Assembly (NCBI RefSeq): GCF_963921235.1
Contig: NC_086107.1
Coordinates: forward strand, 97,094,001 to 97,158,000
Source of the DNA: Mobula hypostoma
Taxonomy: Eukaryota
DNA length: 64,000 bases
Direction of reading: 5' to 3'
Each line of letters starts with the position of its first letter. Position 1 is the first letter of the stretch. Below are positions 12,201 to 23,072 of the stretch, piece by piece. The translations under genes and the position numbers were made by a program. Below the pieces are notes generated by a model. That model did no database searches. It was not told where the DNA came from and saw nothing but the letters and a program-made list of their open reading frames with translations.

Positions 12201-13640
12201 TAGTGAACCTCATGACCAGGATATTGGTTCCCCTCCAGTTTAGGTGCAATCTCTCCTTCTGATACAGATCACTCCTTCCTCAGAAGAAGTTCTAATGATC
12301 CAAGAACCTGAAACCCTGCCCCCTTCACCAGTTCCTCAGCCACTCATTCTTCTGTACTATCATCCTGTTCCTGCCCTGACTAGCACTTGGCACTGGGATT
12401 AATCCAGAGATGACTACCTTGGAGATCCTGCCCTTCAGTCTCTTTCCTAACTCCCTATGCTCTCTGCATAGGACCTCTTCCCCCTTTCTACCTATGGCGG
12501 GAGGAGAGAGAGCAGTGGGCCGTGCGTGCGCAGCCCTCCGGTGAAAAATTATATCGTATCCATTAAATAGGGACCGTGGACAATTCTGATTTGATGGAGA
12601 CAGACGTGAAAACACAGAGGAACAGCTGGAGAAATTTCTGAAATGCCAGTTCGCTGCTGTTGTTACTGCGCGGTCGGGAATCTTCTGGAGGGAAGGTCTC
12701 AAAATCCCCGGCTTTGCCTGCTATTGGCGACCGAGATTGAGGTTGAATCATTCGGACAGAGAAGGCGCTCAGTACTTGGTGTCGGAGAGCTGAATCGGAG
12801 GCTCGAAGTTTTCGGATGACTCAGAGTCGGACTGTGGTTGGGCATGGCAGGGAGAGTTTTTCTTCCTTCTCCCGTCTGCGTGAGATGTGGGACATTTGAG
12901 AGACTTTGAACTTTTTACTGTGCTCATGGACTTCTTCATCAAGTTATGGTATTGTTGCACTGTTGTAACTATATGTTATAATTATGTGGTTTTTGTTAGT
13001 TTTTTCAGTCTTGGTCCATCCTGTGTTTTGTGATATCACACCGGAGGAAATATTGTGTCATTTCTGAATGCATGCATTACTAAATGACAATAAAAGAGGA
13101 CTGCGTGTCTTCATAATCTAATGTGTACCACAACCCCTGGTTGACCACCTTCCCTCCCACCTCCACTTTGACAATAGTCTGCAGCCATGCTGAGACATTG
13201 AGATGTCCTGAACCTTAGCACCTGGGAGGCAACACACATTCTGGTGCCTCTTGTGCAGCCACAGAATCTCGTGTCCATCTCTCTAACTATCAAGTCTCCT
13301 ATCATTATCGCTCTGCCTGATTTTACCCTTTCTACTGTGCCCTAACAGGTCACCAGCCCCACCCCCCCAACATTATCCAAAGTTGTATATGTTGCAGAGG
13401 GGAGTGGCCACAGAGGAACCCTGCACTGACTGGTTACTCCCCTTACATCTCCAGGTGGTCACCCATATACTTTATTAAGCCTGCACTCTGGGTGTGAGCA
13501 CCTCAATAAAAAGTTCCACCTTGCCAGTCAGGAGCTAAAGTTGGGTGCGCTTCCAGCATTTGTAGTCATCAGGGAGACCATTAGGTACCCTGAAATTCCA
13601 CATCTCGCAGGAGGAGCATGCCACCACCTTAACTGCTATC
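9248..13640 (-). mobile_element. Near full-length degenerate CR1 LINE (ORF1 esterase, APE endonuclease, RT)
   Basis: ORF1 SGNH-like IGDLIVR and SKVVISGLIPVP; endonuclease LKCVYFNVGRIMGKGDELRAWISTWNYDVAAITEIWL and PTRGGAVLNLVL; RT QGSVLGPLLF and WAEKWQMEFNPDKCEVLHF. Many stops and frameshifts. Confidence 0.9.
12496..13122 (+). mobile_element. Family A non-autonomous retroelement, full length (~627 bp), inserted in CR1 ORF1
   Basis: Starts GGCGGGAGGAGAG, ends AATAAAAGAGGACTGCGTGTCTTCATAATCTAAT; colinear with 44837-45460. Confidence 0.9.
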
Positions 13641-13647
13641 CTTCCTA

Positions 13648-13814
13648 ACAGCATCTATGGAAAAGAGCACAGTTGATGTTTTGGGCCGAGATGCTTTATC
13701 AAGACAGAAACGTCAACTATACTCTTTTCCATTGATGCTGCCTGGCCTGATGAGTTCTTCCAGCATTTTGTGTGTCGTTGCTTGGCTTTCCAGCATCTGC
13801 AGATTTTCTTTGCT
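13648..13814. mobile_element. Short inverted PLE pseudo-LTR insertion
   Basis: CAGCATCTATGGAAAAGAG is inverted by CTCTTTTCCATTGATGCTG; flanked by TGCTATCCTTCCTA/TGCCATCCTTCCTA (14-bp TSD, 1 mismatch). Confidence 0.75.
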
Positions 13815-14139
13815 TGCCATCCTTCCTACACTGATTTACAGTCAACGATAAAATGCTTACCTGTTCTTACCTGTGCCTTCTCTCTGAAGTTTTCATGCTC
13901 ACCTAGGTCACTTACTCAGCCTCTTCTCGCTGAGCTTGTTATACATTTGGTTCTAACTTCTGAAGCTTAAGTACACACTTGATCCTCTCATTGAAATCAC
14001 TGATTCTGATTGTGAAGAGCTGTCTTCAGCACTAATCCTTGCATCCTGAGCCTGCTCCCTGCTTTTACCCATCAATGAGTACTCAATCAATGAAAATACC
14101 ACCAACATCATGCACTTTAATTATGTTTAGTAGTTTCAC

Positions 14140-14380
14140 GTTTCAAGATTCAAGAGTGTTTAATGGCATTTCCAGTACACAAGGATAAAGGAGAATGAAA
14201 TAATTGTCACTCCAGATCCAATGCAGCACTAAAAAAACACCAATAAGATAGAAGCCACAATAATAAAAAGAAACACCATAAATATAAATACATAAGATAG
14301 CTTATATACATAGATTGAATGTATATCCATAACGTGATGCTAGGCACAGGAGTGTTTGCACGTAAGGTGGCTGACCACAT
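14140..14380 (-). mobile_element. LINE 3'-end fragment with (TCTTGAA)n-type tail
   Basis: TTCAAGATTCAAGAGTGTTTAAT tail followed by A-rich antisense 3' UTR. Confidence 0.45.
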
Positions 14381-15627
14381 CAAATTATTTGCCCTGATTT
14401 ATTTGACTAGTTGCAACCTCAAAAAGAAAATCAAGCAGATTTGTCAAACATGATTTTCCTTTCAAAAATCCATGTTGGCTTTGCCTAATCCTATAATTAA
14501 TGTCTCAGTGCCCTGCTGTGCTGGCTTACTTTCACTGCAGTTTGTGGGGGGCTTATCGTATGCAAATCTGGTGAGCAGCAAGCTGAAACTTTGAGTTCTG
14601 TTTGAATGTTGTCGTGGGGTGGGGGATTGTCAGCTCCCGGCATCATCTCCAATGTCCTGCTGTAGGAATGCAAATTTGAAACTGCGTTGAGTTTCACCGT
14701 GCAGTGCGGGGGGAAAATAGTTGCTTAATGACAGTGGACTTCTTTCCCATTAGTCAATCAAACAATTCACTTGGCTTTGTGATTTTATTCACTGCCTGTC
14801 AAAGTAATAAAAGTAATTGACAGGAAATGCATTACACTACGCAGTATCATCAGTATTGTCAATTCCAAGGTTGCTATATCTGTAACCATGCATGATATTT
14901 CAGTCTAAACAAACCCCCCTCTTGTTTCCTTTAACTTTCCTTCTCCTACATGCTTCTTCTACCATTCCTCCATCTTGCAACTATTTCTCTCCCTCTATCC
15001 CAAAATTCTCCTGGCCACAAGTTTTGTTTGGCTCCCTGTTCCTTTGTGCCTCTTTTCTTTCACTTGCCTTGGGCCAGTGAATCCTCCAATGTGTTTCAAT
15101 TGTGAGCGGCAGCTCATTATTGGAAAGTTACGGCAGAAACGACACTTAAATCGTGGAGATCCACAGCTCAGGATTATTGCATTTACTTGGTGTGAAAACA
15201 ACATCACTCATCAAATGATGAGAGCTCATTTTCAGCTCAATTTCACACTGCAAGCTCGATGGATATGTAAATAGGAGGGATCCAAGGATTTCTGTCAAGT
15301 TCCTAATCTAAATTTTCTCCATGAAAAACTATGAATAATCTAAAGACCAGAAATAGTGGCTCTGTTTGCTTGTGTGGAGGGGCCAACAAACGCAGGCTCC
15401 GTTCCATGGACTAGGATGGTGAGGACCAATGTCAGAGGCTCTTCCCTGATACCCTCACATGGCATGGATTTACCCCATTCTGATTTAGACTCCCCACCAA
15501 CTCTTCTCCCTTGCTACCTGAGTTTCAACGCAAACACGAGGAAATCTGCAGATGCTGGAATTTCAAGCAACACACATAAAAGTTGCTGGTGAACGCAGCA
15601 GGGCAGGCAGCATCTCTAGGAAGAGGT

Positions 15628-15667
15628 ACAGTCGACGTTTCGGGCTGAGACCCTTCGTCAGGACTAA
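15628..15667 (-). ncRNA. Minimal type I hammerhead ribozyme motif
   Basis: Reverse complement reads TTAGTC-CTGACGA-AGGGTCTCAGCCC-GAAA-CG-TC-GACTGT: intact core, stem I AGTC/GACT, stem II GGG/CCC. Confidence 0.75.
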
Positions 15668-15790
15668 CTGAAAGAAGAGCTAGTAAGAGATATGAAAGTG
15701 GGAGGGGGAGTCCCCCTCCCATCTTCTCCTATCATTTCGGATCTCCCCCTCCCCTCCCACTTTCTAATCTCTTACTAGATCTTCTTTCAG

Positions 15791-15830
15791 TTAGTCCTGA
15801 TGAAGGGTTTCGGCCCGAAACGTCGACTGT
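15791..15830 (+). ncRNA. Minimal type I hammerhead ribozyme motif
   Basis: TTAGTC-CTGATGA(15797-15803)-AGGGTTTCGGCCC-GAAA(15817-15820)-CG-TC-GACTGT; predicted cleavage after C15824. Confidence 0.8.
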
Positions 15831-17274
15831 ACCTCTTCCTAGGGATGCCGCCTGGCCTGCTGCGTTCACCAGCAACTTTTATATGTGTTGCCTGAGTTTC
15901 AAACTGGCCTGAGGGAAATTGACCCCCATGGATCAACAGTGAGACTGGCCACGATTGCCCCTTTGCCCATATTTCTCATCATTAGGACATGGCATCCAAA
16001 GAATAACAGTAGCTTGCATTTATACAGCAGCACTCATGTCATGAAATACCCCAGGATTGTTCACAAGAGAACTAGAGATTGAACAACAGCCACTCATAGT
16101 TTGGAGGTGAAAAGCAGCGGTATCTTCACCCAGGTCGATGAGAGAGCTTTAAAAATTGGCGCTTTGTAGCTGTTTTTTGGAGTTTGAACAACGACCAATT
16201 GGAGTTCAGGATTCATTCACAAGATCAAATAAAAATAAGGCAGGGGCAAGTGGAGTGGTTATTGTTGGAGTGCAGCAGTGTTAGAGTGGAGGGATTTTTG
16301 GCTTTGGCTCAACAGGCATGCGTGACGTAAGTAACTGATAAGCTTTCTCTTGTTCATTCTTCATCTGTAAGTGTAGAGATAAGGTAATAAGAATGGCTCC
16401 AGGGCTGTGCTATGTCCTTTGTGTGAGAGGTAAGAATTCTGGAAGATCTCTAGCTTCCTGGATTACCATGTCTGCATCAGGAGCACCAAGCTGCAGGTCC
16501 TCAGAGTTAAGGAACTGAAGCTTCAACTCGATGATCTTCAGCTCACAGGGGAAATGATAGTTAGGAGCTACAAGGAGGTAATCAGCCCTAGGTTGCAGGA
16601 GGTAGGTGGATGGGTGACTGTCAGGAGAGGGAAGGGAAATAAACAACAGGTACAGAGTGCCCCTATGGCCACTTCCCTCATTAATATATATACCACTTAG
16701 ATGCTGTTGGGGGCAATGACCTACCTGGAGTTGGGGGGGAGCCACAGTGACCAGGTTTCTCTGGCACTGAGTCTGGCACTGTAGCTCAGAAGGTAAAGGG
16801 CCAGAGGAGGAATGTAATGATGACTGGAGATTCCATAGTGAAAGGAGCAGATAGGAGAGTTGGTAGACCCAGATGGTATGTTGCCTCCCAGGTGCTAGAG
16901 ACAGAGATGTCTCAGGTCGGGTCCGTGACATTCTAAAGGGGAAGGGTGAGCAGCCAGATATCTTGGTACACGTTGATACCAACAAAAGAGAGGAGGTCCT
17001 AAAGAGCAAATTTAGAGAGCTAGGTAGAAAGCTAAAACACAGGACCTCCAGGGTAACAATCTCTGGAGCCACATGCCAGTGAGGGCAAGATCAGGATTAT
17101 TTGGCAGATACAGCTGCTACATTAGTGCAGGGGGCAGGGTTTCAGTTTTAGGCATCACTGAGATCTCTTTGGGTAAGATATGACCTATACAAAAGGGACA
17201 GACATCACCTGAACCCAAGGAGGACTAATATCCTTGTGGGCAGGTGTTCTAGAGCTGTCGGGGAGTGCTTAACT

Positions 17275-17487
17275 GTGCGATGGTCTGTTCTTATCAAATT
17301 ACGGTATTGCTTTGCACTGTTGTAACTATATGTTATAATTATGTGGTTTTTGTTAGTTTTTAAGTTGGTTTGTCATGTGTTTTCGTGATATCATTCTGGA
17401 AAAAACATTTTATTATTTCTTAATGCATACATTACTAAATGACAATAAAAGGGGACTGTGTGTCCTCATAATCATAATCATAATAAT
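17275..17487 (+). mobile_element. Family A 3' fragment with (CATAAT)n tail
   Basis: Matches the last ~210 bp of family A, including GGGGACTGTGTGTCCTC; host CR1 rejoins without a clear TSD. Confidence 0.85.
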
Positions 17488-19425
17488 ATAATTTGTCAGG
17501 GGGGTACAAACCGGGGTGGTAGAGCTCAGGATGGGGATGTTGATTTGCAAGCAGATGTAGTATCTAGTGAGACAGTCAAGAAGGACAGGTAGATGATAAG
17601 GCACAATTGCAGTCAATAGGACAGGTTACAGTGTAAAAGGGGAACAAAATTGAAAAGGGTGACAAATACAGGACTGAAGGTGTAATATTAGAATGCACGC
17701 AGCATATGAAATACTGCAGATTGTCTTGTAGCTCAGTTAGATATGACATAGTGGGTATCATGAGTCATGGTTGAAAGACGAGGAGCTGGCCAAAGTTGAT
17801 TGAAAGGGGACATTAGCAGGGATGATGGCAGAACAGTAATGGCTGGAGTTTCTGGGAGCCATTTGGGAGGTGCAAGATAGATACATCCCAAAGAAGAAGT
17901 ACTCTAAAGGTGGGATAATGCAACCATGGCTGACAAGGGAAGACAAAGTCAAATGAAACAAAAATAATAGAGCAAAAATTCATGGGAAGTTAGAGGATGT
18001 GGGAAATTTTTAAAAACCAATAGAAGGCAACTAAAAATCACAGGAAAAGATGAAATATGAAGTTAAGGTAGCAAATAATATTAAAACTGATACCAAAAGT
18101 TTCTTCAGCTATATAAAGAGTGAAAGAGAGGTGAGAGTGGATATCGGACTGCTGGAAAATGAGATAATAAGAGATAGTAATGGGGAGGGGGGACAAGGAA
18201 ATGTCGGATAAACTGAATAAGTATTTTGCATTAGTCTTCACTGTGGAAAACACCAGTTGTATACCGGAAGTTTGAGTCTCAAGGGGCAGAAGTGAGTGTA
18301 GTTGCTATTACCAAGGAGATGCTTCTTGGGAAACTGAAAGGTCTGTAGGTAGATAAGTCACCTGGACCTGACTGATTGCACCCCAAAGTTCTGAAAAAGG
18401 TGGCCGAAGATATTGTGGAGGCATTAGTAATGAACTTTCAAGAATTAATCAATTCTAGCATGATTCTGGAGGACTGTAAAATTGCAAATATCACTCCACT
18501 CTTCAAGAAGGGAGAGAGGCAGAAGAAAGGATTTATAGGTCAGTTAGCATGACATTAGTGGCTGAGAGGATGTTGGGGTCGATTGTTAAGGATATGGTTC
18601 TGTGGTACTCAGACACACATGACAAAACTGGACAAAGTCAGCATGATTTACTTAAGGGAAAATCTTGACTGACAAATCTGTTGGAATTCTTTGAAGAAAT
18701 AACAAGCAGGTTAGACAAAGGAGAATCAGTTGACATTGTACTTGGATTTTCAGAAGGCCTTTGACAAGGTGACATATGTGAGACTGCTTAACAAGTTAAC
18801 AGCCAATGGCATTAAAGAAAAGATTCTAGCATTGATAAAGCAGTGGCTGGCAGGAGGCAACGAGTGGGAATAAAGGGATCCTTTTTGAATTGGCTGCCAG
18901 TGACTAGTGGTGTTCCACAAAGGTTTGTGTTGGGACAGCTTCTCTTTACGTGGTACATCAATGATTTGGATGATGAAGTTGATGGCTTTGTGGCCAAGTT
19001 TGCGGACGATTTAAAGATAGGCAGAAGGGCAGGTAGTGTTGAGGAAGCAGAGAGGCTACAGAAGGACTTAGATTAGGAGAATGCGCAAAGAGGTGGCAGA
19101 TGGAATACAGTGTCAGGAAGTGTATGGTCATGGTCATGCACTTTGGTAGAAGGAATAAGAGAATAGACTATTTTCTGAACAGGGAGAAAATTCAAAAATC
19201 TGAGATGCAAAGAGATTTGGGAGTTCTCACGTGGGATTACCTAAAGGTTATCTTACAAGTTGAATTGTTGGTGAGGAAGGCAAATGCAATGTTAGTATTC
19301 ATTTCAATAGGACTAGAATATAAAAGCAAGGATATAATGTTGAGGCTTTATAAGTACTGGAGAGGCCTTACTTGAGTATTGTGAGCAGTTTTGGGCTCCT
19401 TATTTAAGAAGGGATGTTCTGATAT

Positions 19426-19975
19426 TAAGACCATAAGACCATAAGACAAAGGAGCAGAAGTCGGCCATTCGGCCCATTGAGTCTGCTCCGCCATTTTATC
19501 ATGAGCTGATCCATCAGATACCTATCAATCTCTGCCTTAAATACACCCAATGACTTGGCCTCCACTGCTGCCCGTGGCAACAAATTCCATAGATTCACCA
19601 CCATCTGGCTAAAAAAATTTCTTCGCATTTCTGTTCTGATTGGGCACCCTTCAATACTTAAGTCATGCCCTCTTGTACTAGACTCCCCCATCATGGGAAA
19701 CAACTTTGCCACATCCACTCTATCCATGCCTTTCAATATTTGAAATGTCTCTATGAGGTCCCCCCCTCATTCTTCTAAACTCCAAGGAATACAGTCCAAG
19801 AGCGGACAAACGTTCCTCATATGTTAACCCTCTCATTCCCGGAATCATTCTAGTGAATCTTCTCTGTACCCTCTCCAATGTCAGCACATCCTTTCTTAAA
19901 TAAGGAGCCCAAAACTGCCCACAGTACTCCAAGTGAGGTCTCACCAGCGACTTATAGAGCCTTAACATCACATCC
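19426..19975 (-). mobile_element. Young CR1 3' fragment inserted antisense into the host CR1
   Basis: ORFs MDVMLRLYKSLVRPHLEYCGQFWAPYLRKD and RRNFFSQMVVNLWNLLP; (AGACCATA)2 tail; ~60-bp deletion relative to 418-1062. Confidence 0.9.
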
Positions 19976-20934
19976 ATTAGAGAAGGTTCGGTGGAGGTTC
20001 ACTAGAATGATTCTGGAAATGCAAGGGTTATCTCTTGAGCAGCGATGAAAGGTTTTGGCCTTGTACTCGCTGGAATTTAGAAGAATGATGGGTGATCTCA
20101 TTGACACCTATTGAATGCTGAAAGACCTTTACAGTGGATGTGAAGAGGATGTTTCCTATGGTGGGTGAGACTAGGACCAGAAGACACAGCCTCAAAATAG
20201 AGGGACACCCATTTATAACAGAGATAAGGAAGAATTTAATTCACCAAGTGGGTGACGAATCTGTGGACTTCATTGCCACAGGCAGCAGTGGAGGCCAGGT
20301 AATTGAGTATATTTAAAGCAGAGGTTTATAGGTTCTTGATTAGTCAGGGCGTGAAAAGTTATGGGGAGAAGGCAGATGGAGTAGAGAGGGAAATGGATCA
20401 GGCATGATGAAATGGCGGGGCAGACTTGATAGCTCAAATGGCCCAATTCTGCTCCTTTGTCTTAGAGTCTTCTTATTGATCGAAACTTGCCTCTTAGAAA
20501 CATACAAAGATTATTAGGATTGGAAGTAGAGTTTAAGAAGCAATTTAATGAGGAAAGGTATTAAAGTGGCTTAGGGAGATGAATTTCAGAGTTTGGGGCC
20601 TCAGCAGATGAATGCTCAGCCGTCAGTGTTTCCTTGTGTGCAGCTGGTAAAGATAGCTTTCAAAGGGGGTGATGAATCCAGGAATGAATTGAGAATGAGA
20701 AAAGAATATTTTAAAAAATGAGAAGCTACTGACAGGTTTTTGAACTAGACAATGAAGGTTGGAGACATAAAAGGCTGTGTGCCCTGTGAAAGATCAGTGG
20801 ATAGACACAGGCATAAAGGTATGCAAGGAGAGCATTAAAGAAATATGAATGGGTGAAGGTTGTAACACGAAGGAAGCAAAAGCCCAATGGGACAATACAA
20901 AAGATTACAGGTTAACCTTCAAACTCGTTTTCAA

Positions 20935-21555
20935 AAAACCTCGGATGTTGCCAGGGATGGAACACTTCTGTCCCAAGGAAAGACTGGAAAGGTTAGGCCT
21001 GTTTATCCTGGAGTAGAGAAGGTTAAGCTGGGACACAATTGAGGTATAGAACATTGTGAGGGAGATATAATGAGTAGAGTGCAGGAAACTTTTCCAAATT
21101 TCAAAGGTAAGTAAAACTAGAGGACAAAGATTTACAAACGTTTGTAGGTTAGAAGGTTAAGATTTTTTTCTGGATCTATTAAGGACCATTTTCACCCAGA
21201 GAGTGGTGAGTACCTGAGATAAAGTACAGTGCCTGAGAGTCATTGACAGCACTTAAGAAGTGTTCAGATGAGCACTTGAATCACCTCAGTGTAACAGGGA
21301 CAGAGGCTATGGCCAAGTGTAGGAATATACAAAGCAGAGATTGATATGTTCTTGATTAGTCAGGGCATCAAAGGGTATGTGGAGAAGGCAGGAGACAGGG
21401 GTTTAGAGGGATAATAAATCAGCCATGATGGAATGGCGGAGTAGACTCCATGGACTAATTCTGCTCCTATGTCTCATGGGTGGGTGTCCACTGGGTATTG
21501 TGGATGTAATGGTCCCAGAGACTTGTTTCCATGCTGAATGATTCTATAATCTTAT
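20935..21555 (+). mobile_element. Decayed CR1 3' fragments (at least two)
   Basis: RLERLGLFILE and FTQRVV motifs; 3' UTR at 21335-21480 resembles 20320-20470. Confidence 0.65.
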
Positions 21556-23072
21556 GATATATTTCTGTTCTTGATGTAGGTCTGCATGGATTCGGTCTGT
21601 TTACCACCATAGTCTAAACATCATCCAACCATCAGACTTCCATTTCATTGGATGTTAAAAACTCTGATCACTGCCCAGTAAAAATGCAACATCCAGTTTG
21701 GGCATTATACACTTCCAAAGGGAAATACTGGCTTGGTACATCTCAATTTCACCAGAATGATGAGGCTAAAAGAGTTACATTTATGAAGACAGGTTGCTTG
21801 GGCTCTTCTTATATTTCCTGGAGTTTAAAAAGTTAAGGGATGCTTCAGTTCAAAGTTCAGAAGTAAGTTTATTATCAAAGTCCATATATGTCACCATATA
21901 CAACCCTGAAGTATTCTTGTGGGCTTACTCAATAAATCCATAACAGAATAATAATCATAATAGAATCAATAAAAGACTGCTCCAACTTGGGCATTCAACC
22001 AGTGTTCAAAAGACAACAAACCAAGTGAAAAAAGGAAGAAATAATAATAATAAACAAATAAACAATACATCTCAGGAACATGAGATGAAGAGTCCCTGAA
22101 AGTGAGCCCATAGGTTGTGGGAACATTTCGAGTAAAGTTGAGTGAAGTTATCCCCTTTCAAGAGCCAGATGATTGAGGTAATAACTATTCCTAAACCTGG
22201 TGGTGTGAGTACAGAGGCTCCTGTACCTTCTTCCTGATGGTAGCAGTGAGAGAGAGCATGATCTAGCTGATGGGGATCCCTGATGATGGATGCCTTTTTT
22301 CCTACGTCAATGCTTCATGTAAATGTGCTCAATGGTGGGGAGAGGTTTACCTGTGATGGACTGTGCTGTAGCCACTACTTTTTGTCAGATTTTCCATTCA
22401 AGGGCATTGGTGTTTCCATACCAGGCTGTGATGCAGCCAGTCAATATACTCTCAACCACACATCGATAGAAGTTTGTCAAAGTTTTAGGTGTCATGCTCA
22501 ATCTTTGCAAATTCCTAAGGAAGTAGAGGTGCTGCTGTGCTTTCTGCGTAATTACCCTTACATGCTGGGCCCAGGACAGGTCCTCCGAAATGATAACACT
22601 GAGGAACTAAAAGTTCGCTGACTCTCTGCACCTCTGATCGCCTGATGAGGACTGGCTCATGGACCTCTGGTTTCCTTCTCCAGAAGTCTATAATCAGCTT
22701 CTGGTCTTGCAGACATTGAATAAGAGGTTGTTGTTATGACACCACTCAGCCAGATTTTCAGTCTCTCTCCTGCATGCTGATTCATCACCACATTTGATTC
22801 AGCCTAAGACAGTGGTGTCATCAGCAAACAGTCATAAGTGTAAAGTGAGGAGAGTAGAGGTCTAAGCACACAGCCTTGTGGTGCACCTGTACCGATGGAT
22901 ATTATGGAGGAGATAATCCAAACTGATAGGTGTCTGCAAGTGAGGAAATCGAGGATCCAATTGCACAAAGAGGTATTGAGGCCAATATCTGGAAGTTTAT
23001 TGATTAGTTTTGAGGGGATGATGGTATTGAACACCGAGCTGTAGCGATAAGTAACATCCTGATGTATGCATC

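Larger units (their letters stand above)
15529..15890. mobile_element. Palindromic PLE pseudo-LTR mini-element
   Basis: Two inverted copies of the 3' pLTR of the PLE at 49096-51003; perfect 12-bp TSD CCTGAGTTTCAA (15517-15528, 15891-15902). Confidence 0.9.
16100..20470 (+). mobile_element. Near full-length degenerate CR1 LINE, endonuclease largely deleted
   Basis: ORF1 esterase motifs (GDSIV, CCLPGAR, PDILVHVDTN); RT motifs (DFQKAFDKV, SGVPQRFVLGQLLF, KFADDLKIG, LQKDLD); 3' UTR ending near 20470. Confidence 0.9.

Noticed and set aside
15098..15109. AATTGTGAGCGG, matching the left half of the lac operator (possible vector contamination)
   Set aside because: Only 12 bp match, the rest of lacO is absent and there is no flanking vector sequence; treated as chance.
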